Source: a candidate division WOR-3 bacterium
GTDB taxonomy: Bacteria; SDB-A
Direction of reading: 5' to 3'
Assembly (NCBI GenBank): GCA_016934535.1
Contig: JAFGSQ010000054.1
Span: forward strand, 1-52,244
Length of the DNA: 52,244 nucleotides
Position 1 is the first letter of the stretch. The number at the start of each line of letters is the position of its first letter. The notes under the pieces were generated by a model, which made no database searches, was not told the DNA's origin, and saw only the letters and a program-made list of their open reading frames with translations. A program made the position numbers and the translations under genes. Below, in pieces: positions 17,494 to 24,340 of this stretch.

Positions 17494-18525
17494 TCAAACA
17501 CTGAAAAAGAACTCGACGACGTCTCCGTCTGACATTGTGTATTCTTTACCTTCGGATCTTACCAGATTCAGACTTTTAGCTTTTTGAAAACCGCCCGCTT
17601 TTTTAAGGTCCTCGTAATGCACCACTTGAGCTCTTATGAATCCTCTTTCTATGTCGGAATGGATTTTTCCCGCCGCCTGGGGGGCTTTTGAACCGCTTCT
17701 AGTCAGCCAGGCTCTGCTTTCTTTGGGACCTGTGGTTAAAAATGAGACAAGATCGAGCCCGTTCATGAGCCTTTTCACGAGGTCGTTCCTTCCAGACGCT
17801 CCTACACCGAAATCTTCTCTGAATTTTGCAGCTTCATCTTCGGGAAGATCGGATATTTCAAGTTCGAATTTGGAGCATATAACGACCGCAGGGATCCCTT
17901 TGTCCGTGATCATAGCTTCGATTTCATTTGATTTTTCAAGTCTTTCGTCAGAATTAATGACGGCGAAAGCTTTCAAATGAGAGACGAGGCCGATTTTTTC
18001 GGCCCAAATAAAATCCTGCGGATCGAGGGCACTTCTCAACGGTTTGTTGTTTTCAAGTAAATGAAATATTTTTTCTGACAATATTTTCTTTTCAAGGTCT
18101 TCCATGTTTGTTCTTTTGAATTTATTGTCGTTCAGTCTCAGGAGTCTTCCTTCGACAGTATGAAGATCCGAAAGAATGAGAAAAGTTTCGAGAAGGTCAA
18201 GCTCTGAAAGAGGGTCAGGAGAAGGCAGAGCGGAACCGGGCAAGGTGAAATTCCTGAGACAGTACAAAATGGCGTCCTTGCCTTTTGCCTGAGGCACAAC
18301 TTGTTTTTCAAAGAAGCTTTCGTCTTCCGCGCCGGTTTTCGATGAAGGTGTGTCAACGAGTTCAACTTTTGCATACACTTTCTTTTTCGACGAACTCATT
18401 TCAGTGAGCCAATCGACTCTTTCATCGAGAAGGTCGAGAACACCCCTCGCTATTTTTGATCCTGTCAAAAATTCAAGGAGTGTCGATTTTCCCGAACTTT
18501 TTCTACCGACTATCTGAATTTCCAA
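17494..18525 (-). CDS. Atypical YchF-like ATPase (DUF933/TGS C-terminus)
   Basis: P-loop GRKSSGKST. The C-terminal FLTTGPKESRAW...APQAAGKIHSDIERGFIRAQVV...EGKEY...DGDVVEF is typical of YchF; the switch motifs are divergent. Confidence 0.85.
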   Translation of the reverse strand: MEIQIVGRKSSGKSTLLEFLTGSKIARGVLDLLDERVDWLTEMSSSKKKVYAKVELVDTPSSKTGAEDESFFEKQVVPQAKGKDAILYCLRNFTLPGSALPSPDPLSELDLLETFLILSDLHTVEGRLLRLNDNKFKRTNMEDLEKKILSEKIFHLLENNKPLRSALDPQDFIWAEKIGLVSHLKAFAVINSDERLEKSNEIEAMITDKGIPAVVICSKFELEISDLPEDEAAKFREDFGVGASGRNDLVKRLMNGLDLVSFLTTGPKESRAWLTRSGSKAPQAAGKIHSDIERGFIRAQVVHYEDLKKAGGFQKAKSLNLVRSEGKEYTMSDGDVVEFFFSV

Positions 18526-19411
18526 TAAACACTCTCAGGCTTTCAAGCATATCTTCGTCGGGATTGTATGCTTCCGTAAAAAGGTTGATTTCTCTGAAAT
18601 TCCAGTTTTTTATTCCGCCGTTTTCGTCAATTTCAATATCAATCAGGCCGACAGAAGACATGTCCGTGTGAACTCTGAAATTCAATGTGTGGTTGACAAA
18701 ACTTTCCCATGTTCCGGCAAAACCGTCGAATCCGCCGATAATTATGTCTATGCCGGACACCGCATTGGCTAAAAGAGTGTCGTGCCTGAAACTCGAATGG
18801 CTGAGTGATATTACAATGTCGCAGTCGTTCAATAAAAGCTCTTCAACCGATCTTTCGACGGCGGTCGATTCGTCGAGAATTTTATACTCGTTCAAAATAC
18901 CCTGAGGTAAAAACCATTCCGCGTGACTTGAAACGTGTCCTGTCACCCCGATTCTGACGCCGTTTATATCGTATATTCTGTAAGGGTCAAAAACGAAGTT
19001 ACCCGAGCTGTCTAAAATCGAGGAAGATATAAAACCGCACGAAAGCCCGGGGGAGAGGATTTTTAAAAATTCCACACCTTTGAAAAGGTCATCAATCCCT
19101 ACCGACATTGCGTCGTATCCGATTTTATTTGAGGCGAATATCCCCGCTTTAATTTTACCTGTCGAACCGAGAGGCGAGAGTCCCCAGAAATTACCCGCGT
19201 CGAGAAGCAGATCCGGTTTTTCGAGGGCGCAAAATCCGGAAAGAGATGCCGCGCCCCCCAATGGCGGAGGGAAGGATGAGCTTATCCAAGTGGCCTCAGA
19301 AGGGAGATAACTTCCCTGAACATCCGAGGTAAAGCATATTTTTATCCGTTCAGAAAAAAGACAGTGAACAGCAACTGTAACGAAAATCAGAGACAGTTTA
19401 AGGATTCTCAT
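18503..19411 (-). CDS. Secreted 5'-nucleotidase/UshA-like metallophosphoesterase N-domain with degenerate metal ligands
   Basis: Signal peptide; FTSDVQG, GGAASL, LLLDAGN, GYDAMSVG, VISLSH and GIDIIIGG match the fold order. Confidence 0.8.
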   Translation of the reverse strand: MRILKLSLIFVTVAVHCLFSERIKICFTSDVQGSYLPSEATWISSSFPPPLGGAASLSGFCALEKPDLLLDAGNFWGLSPLGSTGKIKAGIFASNKIGYDAMSVGIDDLFKGVEFLKILSPGLSCGFISSSILDSSGNFVFDPYRIYDINGVRIGVTGHVSSHAEWFLPQGILNEYKILDESTAVERSVEELLLNDCDIVISLSHSSFRHDTLLANAVSGIDIIIGGFDGFAGTWESFVNHTLNFRVHTDMSSVGLIDIEIDENGGIKNWNFREINLFTEAYNPDEDMLESLRVFIGNSDSR

Positions 19412-19979
19412 CTGAATAGCCCTCTTCAGCGTCGAGAATGAGCTCTTCCGTACTGTGTTCCCTGATCTTGTCGTAATAGGATCTCACTTCGCGATAGAAA
19501 TCAGACGATCTTATCATGACCGATATCTCGTTGTTTCTCGCGAGTGCGTAATAAGACCAGTTGGTCGAACCGACGACGACAATTTCGTCGTCAACCAGCA
19601 GCAACTTGTCGTGACTTGTGACGTCGGGCGGGTCCCAGAGCACCTGGACTCCGCCTTCCCGGAGCAGTTCGGCCAGCTGAAGGTTCTGAAAAGTGCTTCC
19701 GAGATTCCATGAGGAGGCGTCGAGTATGATTTCCACTCTTACGCCTCTGCTTACGGCGTCGAAAAGGTCCTGATAAAGAAGTTCGTTTACTCCGTCAGGG
19801 TGAGCCGGATAAGTTCTCGCCTGATACATTATTATCAGGATCTCATTTTCTGCATTTTGAAGAATCTCGTGAAGAATCGGGTAATAATCCCTGTTAGCCA
19901 TCATGACGACTTCATTGGCTCCGAAAGCCGCCAAAGAAAAGGCTGCAGCCGAAAACAATAAGAAAAGTCCGGTTTTCAT
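19398..19979 (-). CDS. Secreted phospholipase D-like protein with a single HKD motif (Nuc-type nuclease candidate)
   Basis: Signal peptide; HDKLLLVDDEIVVVGSTNWS fits HxK(x4)D(x6)GSxN; RGVRVEIILD and NNEIS also present. Confidence 0.88.
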   Translation of the reverse strand: MKTGLFLLFSAAAFSLAAFGANEVVMMANRDYYPILHEILQNAENEILIIMYQARTYPAHPDGVNELLYQDLFDAVSRGVRVEIILDASSWNLGSTFQNLQLAELLREGGVQVLWDPPDVTSHDKLLLVDDEIVVVGSTNWSYYALARNNEISVMIRSSDFYREVRSYYDKIREHSTEELILDAEEGYSDENP

Positions 19980-19988
19980 GTTTTCTCC

Positions 19989-21077
19989 TCAGAGTAAATA
20001 CGTGATTCCGCAGGTCATGCCGACAGAGCTTTCTCTGACTGTAAGAACCGCGTCACCTGGTTTTGGGTAATCTCTCTGATCGTATTGAAAGGACATCGAA
20101 AAAGCGATCGGTTCGAAATCCGTCAAAAATCCTGCCGTGAAAAAAAATACGCCGGCTTGTTTCTCGAAGCAGTTTTCCTCGTAACCGCCTCCGAGAGAAA
20201 AGACGGTTCTGTTGTAAAATTTATTCTCAAGACCGAAGTAAAATGAATTGACGTCTCTGAGTGAATCATTAAGCTGACCGTAAAAATTTCTCCTGAAGTC
20301 AAAATGGATTCTCGAAGGGATGAATCCGGTGTTGCCGACTGATATTCCCAGTCCTGTTTTGAGGGGAGTGTTGGTCTCTTTGTCACTCGTCGAAAAAACA
20401 AAACCTGCCGAATAATTTCTGTGAGAGGCTTTCAAGCCGCCTTTGAAAACAAACGCGTTTTCGTCAAATTTTTCTTCTACGATAGTGTCGGTTCTTCCGG
20501 TTTCGAAAAAAATGTGTTCGTATTTTTTGTCGTAATTCAACGAGAGATAATCCACTTCGGCTCCCGCTGAAAACGCTTTTCCCGAGTAATTTGCCATAAT
20601 TCCGAATATGTTGCCGTTTCCCGACGAACTTTTCGAGATTTCGCTTACTATCTGGTAAAAAGCGTTTCTTTCGACGTATTTGTATTCGTAATTGAAGTCT
20701 GCAGACTGGACCGCAAAAATACCTGTGCCAAATTTCTGGAAATTGAAATAAATCAAAGCGGAATAAGGTGTCAGATTGATACCGCTGTTCTGAGCTATCG
20801 TGAGGCGGCCTATCCTGTTGTTGTAACTGTCGAACACTGACACGACCTCGGATTCAGTTGTATATTTCAGACCGGTGTTGACCGTAAAAGAATATCTGGC
20901 CGGCATTGTGTTGGCAGGATTTACAAGAGGATCGGACGTTATGCCTGCGTAGCCTCTTGAAGCCGTCGAGGTCATGCAGGGATATATCTGCCTGCCTGAA
21001 TTGACGTATTCGAGATATCCCGAATTGAGCAGTGCCGGGAGAGTCAACAACATTAAAAAGAAACGACTAATTTTCAT
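19989..21077 (-). CDS. Predicted outer-membrane beta-barrel (FadL/PorV-like)
   Basis: Signal peptide, N-terminal RGYAG...NPA plug-like motif, amphipathic strands and C-terminal GITYLL. Confidence 0.65.
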   Translation of the reverse strand: MKISRFFLMLLTLPALLNSGYLEYVNSGRQIYPCMTSTASRGYAGITSDPLVNPANTMPARYSFTVNTGLKYTTESEVVSVFDSYNNRIGRLTIAQNSGINLTPYSALIYFNFQKFGTGIFAVQSADFNYEYKYVERNAFYQIVSEISKSSSGNGNIFGIMANYSGKAFSAGAEVDYLSLNYDKKYEHIFFETGRTDTIVEEKFDENAFVFKGGLKASHRNYSAGFVFSTSDKETNTPLKTGLGISVGNTGFIPSRIHFDFRRNFYGQLNDSLRDVNSFYFGLENKFYNRTVFSLGGGYEENCFEKQAGVFFFTAGFLTDFEPIAFSMSFQYDQRDYPKPGDAVLTVRESSVGMTCGITYLL

Positions 21078-21098
21078 CTGCGTCTCCTTGCATATTTG

Positions 21099-23483
21099 CT
21101 AAAATCTGTAATCCATCAAAACAAACAGGTACAGGTTCGATGACACATCATCGAACCCGGGCCTGACCATGGGTAAATTACCGTCCAGATAAAGTTCTTC
21201 GGATCCGTAATAGGGACTGTAAAAAAGATCGTGCCTGACTTTTAACCGCACGAATATATTCTCGTTTATCCTCTGACGGGCGACGAAATACGATTTTATG
21301 CCGTGTCCGTAAAGAAAATCTATTCCCATGTCCTCGAATTCCCACATGCTCATCTCTTCTCCGTTCCAGATGTCCATTCCTCCGAGTATGGAAAATCCTT
21401 CCGAGAATTTGTGCTCGTATCTCCCGGAAAGATAATATCCGGATATCAATTCGGAACTGCCTTTTCCTTCGCGTTGCGACAGAAGAACCTGGCTCCTCGC
21501 GACTGAAAAAGAGAGATAATCGTCATTTTCAAGAAAAAACCTGAGCCTCAGCTCGGTTTCGTTTGTGACGGACGAGCTGTAGTATGATGTTTTCTGCAAT
21601 TTTTTGTTCTGCCATTTTTGCCTGACACTCAGGCTCATGGGATATGAAAATCTGTATTCTATCGTTCCCTGAGATCTGAAATTATCGAGTCCTGTCGCCA
21701 GATTTTTCCACACGTCGACATAAGCCTTTGTCACTGTCAGATTTCTTGTTATCTGATACCTGGTTTCGACGTAAAATCCTTCTTCAGCTTTCGGAACAGG
21801 ATCATATTGAATGTACGCGTAAAGCGGATTCAGAAGCCTGTACGGCTTTTCAAATTCGGTGTCCTCAAAACGTCTTTGTTCTGAGAAACCTCTCGAGAAA
21901 GGATTGTCGTAGCCCAGATCGTAATGCCTGAAGATGAAGTCGAGATAAATGAATTCTTTCTGTATACGCGAAGTCAGTATGAAAGCCTTTGTGCCGTTCT
22001 TCTGTGAAGCGTATTCTCCAGAAAAATAACAAAATCCGGCAAGAACCGTTCTCGCTGAAAGTGAATAGGCGGTTCTCTCATCACCGGATGAAGAAAGCAG
22101 GAAATTCGCATCTTCGAGATTGTCTCTGTCTCCCGGAATATCAATCAAAGATGTCTCGGGATCGAAGCACTTGTCGTATTCTATCCTGTAAACATAGCCT
22201 TCCAGAACCGTCCCGGGCATGAAGCGGTCGAATCTCAGAGAAATACCCGCTCCGCCGAGTTTTTCTTCTACTTTATCTGAATATCCGTCTGTTTTCCAGG
22301 GAAGATGAAAAAACATGACTGCCGTGTCCCCGGAATACATCAGTGCATCTCGCCGGGTGTAGCTTCCGAATACGACAGGATACACGAAATTTTTGAAATT
22401 CAGTTCAGCGGCGATTCCTCTGAAACCGTATTGTTCGTTTGGATTCAGATCGGGATAAAGTCCTCTTATTCTTTGAGTCTGTCTCGCCCTGAATTCCTCC
22501 GAGTTGTCGATGAAAAGACCCTCGGACAATGTCAGCCTGTAGTCTCCGGCTATAATTTTTTCGAGTAATCCGAAATGTTCTAAAAGCATGAAACCGGAAA
22601 ATGAATTCAGATTTCCGGCGCTTGAATTGTAACTTACACCGGCTCTGTATCTATCTGAGTATCCGCCCTTGATTAGAATCGAATGTGAAAAATTATCACT
22701 GATTTCGGAAAGTTCTTCAAGATCTGAAATATTTGATCGCCTGAGAGAATCTATCATGTTTTGAGTCCAGCCTGAGAGTTCCAGGTCCTGATAAACTGAA
22801 GAGTTTTCGTCGCCGAGAACATTTATTCTCTGTGACAGTTCGTCCATGTAACTGTTCAGGTCTCCTTCTTCATCGCGCTGGTTTTCAAGTTCCGTTTTAT
22901 ACCTTAAAATTCCCCACGGCCTGTCTTCAATCGGTTTGTCCGGCTCAAAGACATAGTATCTTATGTTCCGGTAACCGTAAGATGAAAGATTTTCTGTGTT
23001 TCTGAGTTGACCGAGATATCTGTAATCGCCCCATTTTGATCTGTGACCGACAATTGCAGCGGCGTCGACCATGGAAACGCCGTACAGAGAATTCAACTGT
23101 TGAACAGAAGCTTCGTTGAGATCGAGTGGGAAAAGAAGGAGGTTTTCCCAATAATCGATGGCTGACTTACCGGGGTCGTCTTCGGAAGCGAGTCTGTCTT
23201 TGAGCTCGTCTATTCTCAGGTTTCTCCAATCAGCGGGATCCTGAGGGGCTAAAGAAAAATTTTCGAGAATAAACACATAATTCTCAGTGTCCATTTTTCT
23301 TACGTAATAAAGATCGGTGAAAGTCCTGAAAAATCCGTGTTCGTTCCTGTATTCAATAATATTTTCAGCGACGGTGCTGTCTATGGGAAAAGACAAAAGC
23401 TCCTGAAGCGAAACAGTATTTATGTCTTTTTTTTCAGAAGCAACAGCGCTCGCGATGATGAAAAATATAGTCAGCGCAGTCAC
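21099..23483 (-). CDS. Two helix-hairpin-helix (ComEA-like) domains fused to a predicted outer-membrane beta-barrel
   Basis: DINTVSLQELLSFP...AENIIEYRNEHGFFRTFTDL and LDLNEASVQQLNSLYGVS...AAAIVGHRSKWGDY are ComEA/HhH_3-like. The beta-rich C-terminal part ends in LMDYRF. Confidence 0.85.
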   Translation of the reverse strand: MTALTIFFIIASAVASEKKDINTVSLQELLSFPIDSTVAENIIEYRNEHGFFRTFTDLYYVRKMDTENYVFILENFSLAPQDPADWRNLRIDELKDRLASEDDPGKSAIDYWENLLLFPLDLNEASVQQLNSLYGVSMVDAAAIVGHRSKWGDYRYLGQLRNTENLSSYGYRNIRYYVFEPDKPIEDRPWGILRYKTELENQRDEEGDLNSYMDELSQRINVLGDENSSVYQDLELSGWTQNMIDSLRRSNISDLEELSEISDNFSHSILIKGGYSDRYRAGVSYNSSAGNLNSFSGFMLLEHFGLLEKIIAGDYRLTLSEGLFIDNSEEFRARQTQRIRGLYPDLNPNEQYGFRGIAAELNFKNFVYPVVFGSYTRRDALMYSGDTAVMFFHLPWKTDGYSDKVEEKLGGAGISLRFDRFMPGTVLEGYVYRIEYDKCFDPETSLIDIPGDRDNLEDANFLLSSSGDERTAYSLSARTVLAGFCYFSGEYASQKNGTKAFILTSRIQKEFIYLDFIFRHYDLGYDNPFSRGFSEQRRFEDTEFEKPYRLLNPLYAYIQYDPVPKAEEGFYVETRYQITRNLTVTKAYVDVWKNLATGLDNFRSQGTIEYRFSYPMSLSVRQKWQNKKLQKTSYYSSSVTNETELRLRFFLENDDYLSFSVARSQVLLSQREGKGSSELISGYYLSGRYEHKFSEGFSILGGMDIWNGEEMSMWEFEDMGIDFLYGHGIKSYFVARQRINENIFVRLKVRHDLFYSPYYGSEELYLDGNLPMVRPGFDDVSSNLYLFVLMDYRF

Positions 23484-24337
23484 AGCGAATAACCTACTGA
23501 CAGTACGTGGGTAATGGGGAGTACGGAGTGTTGTATTACGGCGTAATCGAGAGCGAAGCCGGTGTAATTGAGAGAAAATCCGGCTGAAAACCTGACCGGT
23601 TCGGTTTGAATACCCGCCCTCAGCGTCAGATATTCTGAAATGCCGTATTCCTGTCCGAACGCAATCCTCAGAGGGAAACCGATTTCCTGCCTGAAATCCA
23701 GGGAAGTGTTTATGTTGTCTGCGGGTTGAAATGATACTCCGGCTCTTATTACGCGGGGAAGATGTTCGGGAGATTCTTTCCCAACGGAAGGAGAATTGAT
23801 GTTTTTCATTGAAAAACCGATTTTCCAGACTCCGTAAAGAGTTCCCAGTACACCCGCATCAAGACCTATTGCGTATGCAGACCCGAATCTTTCCTGTTTC
23901 AGGGAATACGTGTTTACTGAGACACCGGACGAAAAAAACCGGTTCATAATCACTGCGTGAGTGAAAGAAACATAAAGCTCTCTGTGGAGTTCGGCGTCGG
24001 AAGATATGAGAGAACTGTCCGAACTTCTGTAGTCGCCTTTGACAGAAAGCCACCTGGCGTTCAGTGCGGTCGATCCGAGAGTGTTCTGAAAAGAAATGGA
24101 AGCGCCGGCGGAGTTTATCAATCCGAAAGGCTTTTTATAGAATGCCTTGAGCTGAACTCCGCTCAGGAATGCTATCCCAGCAGGATTGTATACCGCTTCG
24201 AGAGGATCGCGGGGGCATGACGTGACGGCTTCCGCCATCCCTTCGGCTCTCGGAGAAGTCTCGACTTCTTCGAAAACCGGCATGAGAAGTGTCGGAAGAA
24301 AAATCGCGAATAAAAGCAGGCAAGTGAATTTTTTCAT
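23480..24337 (-). CDS. PorV/PorQ-like outer-membrane beta-barrel protein
   Basis: SPRAEGMAEA...YNPAGIA N-terminal motif, GLDAG, GFSMKNI, LRAG...SAGFS and LDYA...THVLSVGY. Confidence 0.8.
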   Translation of the reverse strand: MKKFTCLLLFAIFLPTLLMPVFEEVETSPRAEGMAEAVTSCPRDPLEAVYNPAGIAFLSGVQLKAFYKKPFGLINSAGASISFQNTLGSTALNARWLSVKGDYRSSDSSLISSDAELHRELYVSFTHAVIMNRFFSSGVSVNTYSLKQERFGSAYAIGLDAGVLGTLYGVWKIGFSMKNINSPSVGKESPEHLPRVIRAGVSFQPADNINTSLDFRQEIGFPLRIAFGQEYGISEYLTLRAGIQTEPVRFSAGFSLNYTGFALDYAVIQHSVLPITHVLSVGYSL

Positions 24338-24340
24338 TTT

